A stretch of 64,000 bases of DNA from Iphione sp. A-MEVVRFRX5. Taxonomy: Eukaryota. The stretch is taken from contig OZ320322.1 of NCBI GenBank assembly GCA_976226885.1, forward strand, positions 48,236,001 to 48,300,000, in the 5' to 3' direction. How positions within the stretch are numbered: position 1 is the first letter of the stretch; each line of letters starts with the position of its first letter. A program made the translations under genes and the position numbers. Below are positions 27,301 through 40,400 of the stretch, in pieces. Under the pieces are notes generated by a model, which worked only from the letters and a program-made list of their open reading frames with translations, was not told the DNA's origin and made no database searches.

Positions 27301-30300
27301 ACGATTTCCGAGGATAGCTCATCAACTGTATTTTGATAGCACGGGGACATGAACATCGAAACTGGCCAACTGGGCCCAAAACAGAGAAAATTAGTATGTT
27401 AAGAATAGGGTACCTTCCGCAACAAAAGGATACTCCTGGCCGTCACGCATTCCAGGCTCCACCTCTACTTCCAAAAGTTTCTCCTCTGCTACCATCCTAA
27501 AAGAAAAGATGCCGAAACTCATGAACGGGAACAACTATTGCATTGTAATATACTTCACTGAAAATTCCTCCCCAGAATTTAACTGGAAATCTGGGGTGTT
27601 AACTTAATATTAAGATGTCCAAAATTAAAATAGAAATAGTCTCAAATGTACAGCAAACCAGCATTCAAAAACACTGTTAAAATGTGCAAAACAATGACGA
27701 CCGTAGTGTACAGAGCTGTGGAAATAATGCCTACAAACTTTGCAAAAGGATTTTGCTTGTTATAAACGGGGATATGCGTATGGATTTTAATGTATATATA
27801 TATATCATACACACAAACGGAACATGCATGCGAGAGTAAAAATGACACATGTGGAACAGTAGAGACACCTAACAAGCACGTAATGGACAACTGGTTTCAG
27901 AAATTTACCATGGTTTTACATGCGGTTCCCTTTCTTGAATTGTAAAATACACTTTAAGAATTTTGTATCACAGTAGAGCATACACAGATGAGGGAGACAC
28001 AACTAACACCTATACTAGTAACGTCAATACCTAGAGTTATGGTGACGGTGAAAAAAAAAATTCTCCACAAAACGGTGAACGAAACCAAAACCCACTGTGA
28101 AAAGGCAAGCGGCTAAACGAAATACAATAAAGTGAGTGTTACAAAACTCTGACAATAACCATCTAAATGCAATTGTAAATGTCAGGTGCCACTAACTTTA
28201 CGTTTGGGCATGTATCACATTTCTCCTCCTGGAAGATTTGAAACCTGCCGCCACCAAGTTGCTTGGTACGTGTCTCCTCTCGACAGTTACACTGTCGGGT
28301 CCCTTTTGCGGTCTTTTTCACAGATTTGTACCGCACCATCTGGTTTTAGGAGAAGAAAATATAAAAAAAAAATGTTGAAAAAATTGTGGGTAAGTTCATT
28401 AACAGCCCAATCAGCCATGTTAATTGCAGTATGAGAGAAGAGTTGATTGCGTCCAAAATGTTCAATGCTGTCCCCACCTCCGCCAAAGGACACCCGTCTT
28501 AGAGAACCAGTGCTGATCCAGCAGTGGGTCCTGTTCATGGTTTCCGTTTATCATCTACAGATGCAGCAGATAGGCCCGGTTTCCTTATGTGCGTAGCCAT
28601 GCGTGCGTTGGAGTGCGGAAAACGCACCAATTTTATGGTCATGCTTATTTTAATAAGGGATGTTCCTTACCTGCGTTGCCGTCCGTGTGCGTTGCTGTCC
28701 GTTGCTGTCCGGGGCCCGTTTTCGGACCCTTCCCGTAAATTCCACGCACACGGACAGCAACGCACTGGTAGGTCACTGAGGTTACTGTATGTAACTTACA
28801 AACTTACAAACTGTATGTTTGTTTTGGGCACTTTTGGTCACTTTTGGACACTTTTGAGTGATGATACCGCACATTTCCGCACATTGCGATTTTTTTCCCG
28901 AATTTTTCCGCACATTTTTGCCGGTTTTTGGCCGAATTTGCATGAAATATGCATTTTTCGGGACAATTTCCATGAAATTTGCCGGTTTTTGGCCGAATTT
29001 GCATGAAATATGCGTTTTTCGGGACTATTTCCATGAAATTTGCCGGTTTTCTGCATTTTTTTGGCCGGTTTGCGTATTTCCCGTCAATATACGCACACAA
29101 ACGCATGCATGGTTTACACACTGGTTGAGGACACCCCTATGCGTTGCTGTGCGGTGAAAGCACAACGCACCCAAACGCACTGGGAACGCACGCAGACCTC
29201 TCCGCAGATCGCCGCATACCACCGCACGTAAGGAAACCGGGCCTAACGTGAGTGGCACTGAGAATAAAATTTTGTTGCCAATATTGTGTGTGTCCTGCCA
29301 CGTTGTCTCTCAACCTGTGACGTGTTGATAGAATATTTTGATGCATTCAGCCCAGTTTAACTTCCCCAAATGACTTCAACTGGATACATATACGCGTATA
29401 CAGAGAATATTCTCACAGTTATATGCAATCCACTCTTCTCCGCACACAGCTATCACCAGACTGATACGTGAAGGGTATGAAGAAGTTTTAAAAAAAAAAG
29501 AGGGGGGGGGCGATTTCTTGGGGGTTATGAACGCACTTGACATTGGGACAGTCGTCGCAGACTTGAGCCTGTGTCATCTGGAAGCGGCCTGGCCCCAGCT
29601 GGATAGTCTGCATCTCCTGGCGACAGTTACACTTGCGCGTACCCTGGGCTGCCTTGGCTACGGACTTGTACCGCACCACCTAAGTGCACACATACACACA
29701 TACATAATTCATCCCAGGCACCTCATGTGACGCCATGCCTCCCTCCCAAAATCTCCTTCCAACCAATATGTACACTAGTTTTGAAAGGCAATGACAGACT
29801 TTGTAGGGTCGTATGATCCAACATCATCGACAATTTTCTTCCCACATGAGAAAAGTCATATTGTCATTCCCACACCGGTGGGAAATGTGTTTACATGTTG
29901 TCAGTATCTGATGCATCTGATGAATAGTGTGCTAATCACAACGAGAATACATTCAGTATCCAATTCATGTATTACTAATAAATAAAACAAAATAAACAGA
30001 AAACAATCTTGTAGTTGTAGGTTTGCTATTACAGATTTGATCATACAACACAATATTTTACGATTTTTCAATGTTTTATTCTGCCAATATAAGTTTATAG
30101 TGTAAAACGCATAGAATTTTGGAATACATGTGCATGTTAATAATACAAAAAGTCAGAGTCAATCTTTCTATGCTGCAAACAGTTTTCATTACAATACATG
30201 GGGGAAAGTAGCGTCATACCTCTATAAAATTCCCTGCATATAGTTCCTCTAACGTCACCTCCAAGTCTACAAGGACATCACCGCCGCGTGGAATATCACG

Positions 30301-33134
30301 GCTCCCGTGGTCTCGACCACCACCAAAAAAATTAAAGTCACCGAAAAAGCTGAAAATGTCAATAAACATAATACATCAATGTAATCTAATGCACCCCGGA
30401 TAGTTGTTCAAATTGCACCTATGCTACAAGTAAAAAACGGTACGTTGCATTTCCTCTATACTTGAGAAGATTAAAATGTCATGAAAGCTCGACTAACATC
30501 AAGTTTGTGACTTAACATAACCTTAAATTATTCCAAAAACAGTGAAGGTGGAGTGCTGCTTAAAATACCACAGCAACTCAGTTTGAAAGTCAGAACCTAC
30601 CTTGAAAACGGATCGTGGAAATCATTTCCTCCATTTTTAAGGCCCTCCTCTCCGTGTTTATCGTATATTTTCCTTTTATCGGGGTCTGACAGAACCTGAA
30701 AATTTACATGATATTAGAAAATGTGGAGAAAATATCCATCACAGTTAATAAATTGAGAGGAAAATCCCTGCACTATGTCACCTAATTACAATCAGGATGG
30801 CCAAGGCAGTTGATAACTACATGCATTTCCGGCAAAAATACATTGTTTTAGGGCTCAAATCAGAATGCTGCGTACCCTGTTTTAGCAAACCTTTTCTTCA
30901 TTAGCTTTTTTTTTTATCCGTACAAGACCTTTACTCGCGTTGCCAAAATCACCAAGGCATTAGCAGATGGCCCCACTTCTTAACAGTTAACACACACCTT
31001 ACCTCCTAGTTACAGAATTGATTTGTTTCTTAGCCCGTATTATCAAACACATCAAGACTCAGTCCCCATAAACAGATAGTCACTTCCCAGTCGGTGCAGC
31101 TGTGGAAATCAGGAATCTTTAAACCCTAAAGCCGTCACATGCCCTCCTTTGTTGACTATGGCTATCGAACTGCCTCCCTGGTTACCTACGACCATCCAAC
31201 CTCCTCCCTGGCCACTATCCACGCCCATTCTCTTAGACCCTACGACCATCAAATCCCATCCCTCACTGCCTGTGGCCAGCTGACCACAACCTGTAGACCC
31301 TCCAGGGAGACACAGTCTATGACTTAAAAAGGTAAAAGGCCAGCTCAGACATCAAAGCAGCGGGCACATAACCTGCCTGCACACGACCCCCCCCCCCCCC
31401 ACCCGAACTACTTTCTATAGTGGAAGTCCAATAACCTACGAGATGTAAACACTTAATTTGGTCCGATGTCCACTGATTAAGTTGTAACATTAAAGACTTC
31501 ATTAATACAGCAAAAAAAGAACGTACAAGGGATGGATGTAAGCTTCACTGGATGATTCTAGACAATCAGGGGGAAAAGACTAATCCTAAAGAAGGCCCCT
31601 GTACTGAAACGAATTCATTACTGTCGTAGCATTAGTCATTATAATTGAATAAAATCCTTTGTTTTTTCAAAAATCTTTAATCTTTTCCCACTAAAAGAGG
31701 TGTCAAGATACTGACATGGAACGTTTTGAGGAAACATAAACAGTATTTGATTTTACATAGCTCCATATGGTTAGAAGACAGTGAACACTTTTCAACTGGT
31801 ACAGGGGAGAAAACTACAATTATCATTGGTTTAATGCTTATCGCGATATGCTGAACAGTGTGTACATACCTCATAAGCAGCTCCTAAATCCTTAAACTTC
31901 TCATCTGCGGTGGGGTCATCCCTATTTTTGTCAGGATGCATGACACGTGCCTTTTTCCTGTAAGCTTTCTTGATTTCATTTGTCGTGGCTTTATGCGTAA
32001 CTCCCAGAATCTTATAAAAGTCACGCCTGTTATGAAAGAGGAATGTTTCAGGACATTAGCCTTACATCATACCATAAGACGGTGAAACTGACAGCTTACA
32101 ACTGATAAATATTCAGTGTTTATGAACTAACATATCCAAATATAAAGTCATTTTGGAAGTTAGCTATTGCCTTCCAAGAGTTATAAGAGCCCCTGCAATT
32201 GAAATTAAAAGCAAGGTAAACATGTTCCATCTCCTTTCCTGCGCGCCCTGTGATATGGAGAGGTTTGATTTATAAGTCCTGCCCTTCAAAGAACTGATGA
32301 CTGAATCAACAAAGACTAGTAAATTTATCGGGGGGGAGGCAGAGGAACCAAGGTCTTCATTTAACAGTCTAGCAGTACCAAGACCTGCCACTACAGAACT
32401 TTCTGTGGAATATGTGTATACACTGTATAAAATGAGTCGTGTAAAACAATGTTCGAACATGAAATTCTGGTGTCCTATTCCGTCAAGGTTCCATTATTTG
32501 GGGTCAGTGGTTTGACGGCTTTTTCTGCCTATTTCGTGAACTTCAACAGTTTTTGCGAAGACGTCTTTTTACGGTCAAAGACATCTTGTCACGTTGATCA
32601 ACAGCATGATAGTCAGTCTCAGTGTAGTATGTAGATTTATAAGGGTATTATCAGTTTCCTTAACAGTTCCAGAAAATCACAGCAAGCTTGGTTGTCACTG
32701 ATGTCACTGGCATTGAATGCTGAAGTTGTCACAGATCAACAAAACTCATTTACTTTAGAAAAATGCATATCCAACACTTCGCCGTTAGTGTAGCTGAAAG
32801 AGATGGTGCCCCACAACACACTGCAGTTCCGATTTAATTCCTAAGTTCGAATGTTTAGACTATAAAGGCATTGTTTTGAACCTGGCGGCTTGACATTAGC
32901 TGGCATGAGCTGATTGGCTCAGGATCCAATTTACGTCGGGTCACCCGGCTCGATATAAACAGTCAATGAATTAAATGGAAGTACATATCTTAATGACATA
33001 GAATGAATTTATGAGTTATATCATACAAAGATCTATTGAATTCTCCAGTCAAACTGATCTTACCCGGCTAGGACTTGAACTAACACAACAAACAGTGTCA
33101 GAGTCACAAGCACCCACGTTACTTGAGAAGCCAT
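24358..33134 (-). CDS. DNAJB11: DnaJ homolog subfamily B member 11 (ERdj3), ER-lumenal Hsp40 co-chaperone; complete, 357 aa, 10 exons
   Basis: Exons (all GT-AG, phases consistent, 1074 nt in total): 33134-33064 ([24 protein letters not shown] signal peptide), 32026-31870 (RDFYKILGV...MHPDKN, J domain with HPD), 30695-30601, 30349-30220 (G/F region), 29679-29537 ([34 protein letters not shown]), 27496-27414, 26871-26814, 26582-26471, 24890-24731, 24422-24358 (..YNGLQGY*). Motifs match vertebrate DNAJB11 as I recall it. Confidence 0.97.
28573..29243. mobile_element. MITE (671 bp) with TA target-site duplication in DNAJB11 intron 5
   Basis: TIR GGCCCGGTTTCCTTAYGTGCG at both ends (20/21 match). 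TA at 28571-28572 and 29244-29245. Internal 61-bp tandem duplication at 28920-29050. No coding capacity. Confidence 0.85.
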
Positions 33135-33340
33135 TGCGCCTCCGTCTGCCACGCCAGTCTACAATGCATCATGGGTATCGTGCTTTTATTTTATATACAT
33201 ATATTCATCATTATAAGGAACAGTTATACTAATATATAGTTTGTATTTAATTAAAAATCAACCCACATAGCGTAACTCTTCTAGTTTCTCCTGTCTTATT
33301 TATCTCGTCTATACGTGAAAGCGGAAGTTGACAAAAGAAA
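33135..33340. promoter_or_regulatory. Putative bidirectional promoter region DNAJB11 / MCRS1
   Basis: Divergent genes. GCGGAAGT (ETS-type) at 33321-33328, followed by a candidate MCRS1 first exon ATGGATGCCAAA|GTAAGA (33341-33352). Transcription start sites cannot be determined from sequence. Confidence 0.5.
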
Positions 33341-34443
33341 ATGGATGCCAAAGTAAGAAGATTCCTCAACTGAATCAAGTAATTGGCATTTCTTTTGTCA
33401 TATCAATCATAGGGGGTCTATTTTGTTGGCATAGATTGTACAGTTATAAAAATGGTTGTATTAAATACAGTAACAAATGTTGCGTATTCATCCGACACGC
33501 TATTGAGGCCATAAACATTTCGAGAAGCCTACCTGGACCGAAAGTTCAGAGTACCGTTGCGTCCTGTGGCATCCTTGTCGGTGCGTCCCACCCCTATGTC
33601 TGTGAGCGCTGCTACGTAGCTGAAGTGTCCTGCCCCTTCATTGATGTGTTAACAACCGTTTTATCGAAAGACTTCTTGATGGCATGTCAACCCTGACTAG
33701 CCTTTGCTATATCTTGGAGCTCGGTTCAAACATCAGCTGGATATTACAAACGTTGCTGATGCACTGCTGACACTTTTAGCTCTCTATCTCTGTTCCTTCC
33801 TGTCTTCGTCGATGCATCCTGGGGGTATTTGCGATTAAGGGAAGGGTAAGGGTGATGGATGGTACAAAGAAATTCTTAAAGGAGATAGAATGAGAGATCT
33901 TGATCCATGAGCAGGACAGGTTTGGGCTGTACTTAATGCTTACATGAAACAGGCTATATGTGATGTGTTTATAGTTAATACTAATAATAGGTCTAAATAC
34001 GGCATAACTATAAGAACTGATTAAGGATATATATAATATCTATACCATTGCTATGTAGGACCATGCACAAAGCCTTACTTTTTTTTGCACCAGGATTCAT
34101 CCTTCCGGCGTAAATGTGTGATTATAGATCATAGGTTACAAAAATCAGTGACAGTCATAACTTACTAGCTAAAAAAAAGAGGTGAACAAGACAGGAGATG
34201 GATCAACTACCTTACCACTGTCATTTCTAGCCATATGAAGATTATGGACTAACCTCCAATAGGCCTACAGAAGATTTCACCATAACATCCAATCTCTGCC
34301 ATAAATATTAATGATATAACTGTATCAGTGTGACCTGAGGTCCCATTTTTCACGGGTATTGTGTAGCTTATGCTCTTTGTTTCAGTAGTCGACAGGAGGA
34401 AAGGGCGCGCCTTTAAATACAGCATCCATAGACTTCTGCCAAT

Positions 34444-37400
34444 ATGGCTAGTGCCCAGCAAAAGAGGCGCAGTTCTACCCGCTCTATCAAACGTAAAAAG
34501 TTTGATGATGAGTTGGTAGAGAGCAGTCTTGTCAAGTCAGATCGTGGACGACTAAAAGCTGCTGCTGCTGCAGCTGCAGCTGCTGCATCGGCAACACCAG
34601 TCAGTACTGCTTCATTGGCACCAACGACAACAGCTGCAGCCTCGACTGGTACGACCCTGATAGCACCACCGGCACCAACAGTGACTGCAGTGCCAGCAAC
34701 AGCACCAGCACCAGTTGTCACACCCCCTGCTTCAACTACAGTGACCACAGTGACAACAGAAATCAAGACAGAGGTTGTCACACCTGAACCACAACCCATT
34801 GTCCCACCACCAGAGAAGAAAAAGGCCACGACTCACAAAGTTAATGAATCCCGAAAAGTAGGTATTCACCTGCAATGCAAAACAAACTCTCTCATAAATT
34901 GATGTGACTCCCTAAGTACATATCTTTTTACACATACCTAACTGATTAACAGACATATGTTTTCGGGTGAACCTTGTTGTTGCCTACTGGAAATAATTTG
35001 TAAAAGCTTCCTGTTGTCATTTACTGGAAACATTGACAATGTGTACATGTATTTTCTGCCCCTGATATTCTCCCGTATGACCTCCCTCCTCACTTGCCCT
35101 TGAAGTTTTCTCTCACTCGTTCTCTAAGTTGCTAGCAACCTTCCAATGTATGATTATGATGCATCACTGGTAGCTTGTCTTGGTGTTTAGCATATACATG
35201 TATGCATGCAGTATACACCAACAAGAGAAAAATTTATTCTTTGCAGACAACGGCAAAGGCAACAACAAGTAAGCGTAGTAAGAAGGCTCGGCCTCCTCCA
35301 CCAGCCGCCTCCACAAAAGACCTGGGTCGGTGGAAACCACAGGATGACCTAGCCTTGATAACTGCAGTCCAACAGGTAAAGGGACAGCAGAGATTTGATA
35401 CTGGGTACTTAAAGATGTGAAAAACAATATTGTGACTATTAACACACAAGGGAGCACATTGATCTATATCATTAGTTTATTAAATGTATTTTGCCCACTC
35501 TTTTGGTTAGTTGGCTTTCGTCCATCTGCAAGGTCTAATAAGCTGCTCTTCTAAGAGTATCACATGTTCATGTACAGTTTTCCTATTATCTTTTACTGTC
35601 TTCCCTTCATTTTTCGTTTTACTTTTGGAGATGACTTCCTAGGATATATCGCTCCTTTTACCCCCCAGTTTTTAAGAAAATATTATTACATGTATATTCA
35701 TTACAAGAAAGGAGCATCACAACAGTTCCACGGGGAACGAAAGGCTTTATTCTTGGCTTTAGTACCAGAATAGAACACAAGGTGTCTACCTGAGATACAG
35801 TTCAGGTGGCGCCACCATAGTCTGCCAGCTTGAATCTCACTTTTAGTTCAGCAGTCACTGGGTTCAGACCTATCTCTCTCACCTGTGTGATATTTGCAAG
35901 CTTTTAGCCTGTCAGGGCTTTCAACTGGCAAAATCTATGTATATTCATTGTTGTTTTTCTATGTTTTTTTCCACAGACAAATGACTTGACGGCAGTTCAT
36001 CTAGGCGTCTCTTTCTCATGCAAATTTACTCTCAAGGAAATTCAAGAACGCTGGTATGCGCTGCTCTATGACCCAGTGCTTTCAAAGTAAGAAATCATTG
36101 AATCCAAGTTCACATCGAGTGTTTGCAGTTTCCATGATCAGGAAATACACTGCACTCTGCTAACGTTAACATGTCGTGGTAGCATTTTTAAAAAAATAAA
36201 TGTAATGTAGTTTTATGTTTGATCGCATTGTATTTTATCTTAAGTTACTAACTACACGGAACCCTTTAGAAGACATCAGAAACTTTAGACTGATCAACTG
36301 TATTGCAGTCTAAAAAGAAGTACAAGCAACGTTGAACTACAAAACAGATGCCCATCATATGCGAAGATCAGTTTTTATCCATTAGGCTTAAACACACGAA
36401 AAAAATATGTAAAGATTAATGCTGTGGAAGTTAAATGCCTGTTAACACGGGATGTTATGCAAACCTTAATGTGATGAAATTGTAAATTTACACTTCTGTA
36501 TTTGGAGCATGCCATACATCTATTACATTTGAAGATCATTGCAGTAGCGTCTTATTGCAAATTAACACATAGTGTTATGTATACCACAATGGGACTCAGT
36601 TGTAAAGAACCGAAGAGCCTTACGGTTACCTATAAATTTACCTCTTTCCAGTCTAGTGTGATATACATTAACCTAGTTTACATTAACTTTCTCCTTCAGA
36701 CTTGCAATAAATGCCATCAAACAGCTACATCCAGACCTGGTTGCTGCCGAACAGGCCAGAGCGTTGTTCAGTAAAGAAGAGGAAACTTTACTGGGAAAAA
36801 TTACATCGGTAATGCCCTTGTCTCTTATTTAAATGTAGGGAGTAGTTCAAGTGGGAAACAAATAGGAATCGAGCATTTCCAGTAGAAAACAGCAAGGTTA
36901 ATGACAGAGTTGATGTTTGAAGTGATATGATTTTCTTACAGACTAGTCAACCGACAATCGAAATATTCGAGGATTTACTCAGCAAGAACCCCACTGTGTT
37001 TCACCCTGCTCGGACAGCGAAAATACTTCACAACCACTGGCTGTTGATGAAGCAGTATCACTTACTACCTGATCAGTCAGGTAAGAATGAGTTACTGGAC
37101 AGAACGATGGCGTCATTATATCCTTCCTAAAGGTGTACTTTAAGCCAGGTCTAGTTCTTTTACCACTGTATCCAGTTCTTGTCAGCTTGTTAATTATGAG
37201 AAAAAAACTGCATACGATTAAGTTCATGAAAAAAAAACGATTATGCAGAAAAATGTATGTATTATCCAAACCGTTTTAATGTATTTGATATGTTAAGCGA
37301 TTTATTGACGTCATTTTTATCCATTTAGTTCAGCCAATGCCTCGTGGAGACCATGTGCTAAATTTCTCTGATGCAGAAGACATGATTAATGATGAAGATT

Positions 37401-40400
37401 TAAGGTATGTTTCTTTGTTGTTTTTATTTTACTGTTTGAAAAGAATGATCTTAAATCTTTGTCTACATGTTCTATTTGACCTAAAAAGGAATGTCTGGAA
37501 TTGTCATAAACAACTTTTAAAATTCCATCGTCTTATTTTCGATATCATATGGAGGGCTCCCATTGTCAAAGGGATAACAAATCAAACGACTTGGATGTTT
37601 AGTGTAATTTTCTCATTTATTTAGTATTTCTATGTGCTGATATTGAAGATAAGATTGCATCGGTCAAAATTTGATCTCTATAATGCAACTTTACCTTGCA
37701 GGGAACCAAGGGATGAAGTTCTAGAACATGGTAAGCGTTTTATTTCGGTCCACCTACATACTTTCTTCGTTGTTTGCCAGTTCACTTGCTTTTTCTAAGA
37801 AGCTCTTGATGAAGCTGAGCTAGATGAATTTTTTTTCCGTGGAAGACTATTGTATTGGCATATATTTGCACGTGCTTAGTTCCTCTGATATATATACTTA
37901 ACATTGCCCCTATTACATACACATATATATTGTATTTATCCGGTGGTAGTTGTAACTGACTTTACTTTAGCTCCCTTGTCTCTCCACAAGGAGAGAACAC
38001 ATTTGAAATGTTAAAGTGGTGTGCATACTTTGATGATGTCTTCACCAGTTCACAGAAACGCTACCAAACATTGATAATGTGTTTGCGAGGTGGCTTGGTG
38101 AGATTGAACCATATTCCTTAATTATTGTCATTTATTGAGTAGAAAATACAATGGTTTTGTCACTTTGACCAGATAGGTAGCATGTATAAAGGTTAAATAT
38201 GTAGTTTTGTCGCTGTTTCATTCATATACAAATTTTAAGGGTTGTGTGCTTCCCACGCTTCCTATGCGCTTCCCTCGTTTCACCAGAGTTGTCTGTTCTG
38301 TCACGTTTATGTGATAAACTGACACATTACATCATAATTTAGCAATAATTCGTCTTGTTTAACCTGAATATGTCATACATTGTTTAAAAAACTGACCCAT
38401 ATAAGTCATTTTTGTCTAAATTTTGTCTAAAACTGACACACATATATTCATAGCTTTGTTGAAAAACTGACCTACTTACATCTTTTTTGTCATCTTCAGT
38501 GGAGGTCATATCTGCGTTCAAGTGTTCAGTGCATAGCAGATAGGCATGACCTCCACTATATATGCAGGCACTCAAACCAGAAAAAGGGGGAGGAGCCTCT
38601 TCTTTGATGTTCGAGCCAAATTGGAGGCTGAGCCTCCAGTACCACTTTATCTGCAGCCCTATGGGATTCCCTATGTAGGAAGTAGATATTGATTTTCTCT
38701 CAAGTTGAGTCTGGGTGGGAGGAGGCTAGACTGGGAGGGAATCAGATAAGAGTGATTGACAGGTCCTCAGTGGGCTGGAGGAATGCTCCAGCAGCGGGAA
38801 TGACCGAGGGGAGGGGGCTACAGCAGAGGGAACCGGGTGGTGACACACAAGCACACTCCAGCAGCGCGAATGACCGAGGGGAGGGGGTCTTAATGTGAGG
38901 GAAGAGGGTGAGGATGCTCAACCACGCTCCAGCAGCGCTACTGACCGAGGGGAGGGGGTCTTAGGGCGAGGGAAGAGGATGGGGGCCCTCAAGTGCGCTC
39001 CAGCAGTGCTTCTGACCAAGGAAAGGGGGGCTGCAGCAGAGGGAACCAGGTAGGGAGGACGCTTGCGGGGTGTCCCATCATGTGACGACAGCAAATAGGC
39101 CAGGGGGTAGGGGGCTGCAGCAGAGGGAAGGGAAGGGATGCGCGAGGGAACCAGTTGGGGACGCTCCCGGCTGCGGCCTCCCTTCCCAGCCGCTCCCCAG
39201 CCCGCCACCCTTGCCCACCTTCCTCCTACCCCCTCTTCTTCTCCTCTCTAACTGATCCCCTCTCTCACTGTTTGAGGGAATATGACCTCCATGTGCAGCA
39301 TTTGCTGCATGTATCTTGTTGTCTAAATTTTGTCTAAAACTGACACACTTATGTCATAGATTTGTTGGAAAAACTGACTTACATACAAATATGATTGAGC
39401 TTGTCTAAAAGCAACCTAGTTTGCTTAGTCAAAGAAGCCATTTGGGAGTAGTGTATTTAATGTCATAGTCATGTTGTAGTGTTTCTAAAATATAGCTAGA
39501 ATTCACTTGTGCCTTTGTACATCTTTATCTGGCCCACTGAAAGGAAGAATCCAGCTTGGGTGCACCTGTCAATGCAGCTGCTGCATTATGCATTGATTTA
39601 AGGGTTGCATCCCCAGCTGCTGTCACTGTATGATCCCTATCTTCACCCTAGTGGTTGGAATACTGGGCATGTTTCTCATTGCACAAAGTAAATTTAGGTT
39701 TGCTTGTCCTTCTAACTTCAAAGTAAGTCTGGTTTTCAAGACCTTTGTGAGGAGGATGAGGACTCCTTTGCTCTTATCTCAGCCAGTCAAACCTCCCTGG
39801 ATGAAGACTCCGAAGGTGAGGCTGCTCATCTTGTTTCAAAACTGATGCCACACTAGCAAGTGGTACACAGAGTCTCCAATGATGAAGATGCCCCAAACTA
39901 CCTGGGGGGAGTTTTTAGAGCAGCTGAAACTTGATGAAGCAATTAGCCTGGACGCCCCTGAAGATATTGCTATGTTCATGAACAAATTTTACCTGAAGGT
40001 CTGGGATGAACCCAATTTGGCCAAGAAGAGAGAATCATATGTTTCTGGTCATCTGGATGAACACAGTCATACCAAATTGGACCCTGTGTTGTGTTGCTCT
40101 GCTTTTAACACTGTTGTCTCCACTGCATATTGTTTTAGTGGCCAGCATTCCCACATTCGTTGGCTTACCTGAATTACTGGTGATGATGTCATTGAATTAT
40201 ATGCACCACATGAACATCTCAAATGTGTTCTCCTCTGCTATGAGACTTAGGCTCGCTAGAGTCTAAGTCACCCTGTACTAAAGCTAGGCTAACTGTAAAA
40301 TTATCATAAAACACCTTTGAACTAACAAGGCAAATGAGAAACTGATAGATTTTGTAAACGATGACGGGGCTGTTTTCAATTTCCACACAGCTTCAAGATT

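Noticed and set aside
28524-29258. Cluster of overlapping ORFs of 63-160 aa in DNAJB11 intron 5
   Set aside because: They arise from the MITE and its 61-bp duplication; no protein similarity recognised.
32171-32223. Alternative signal-peptide exon for DNAJB11 ([17 protein letters not shown], phase-compatible)
   Set aside because: It would need a poor GC donor (AG|GCAATA), while a canonical exon 1 with a GTAAGA donor exists at 33134-33064.
32880-33340. ERSE/UPRE elements expected for an ER-stress gene
   Set aside because: CCAAT, CCACG and ACGT cores occur, but not with CCAAT-N9-CCACG or ATTGG-N-CCACG spacing, and there is no TGACGTGG.
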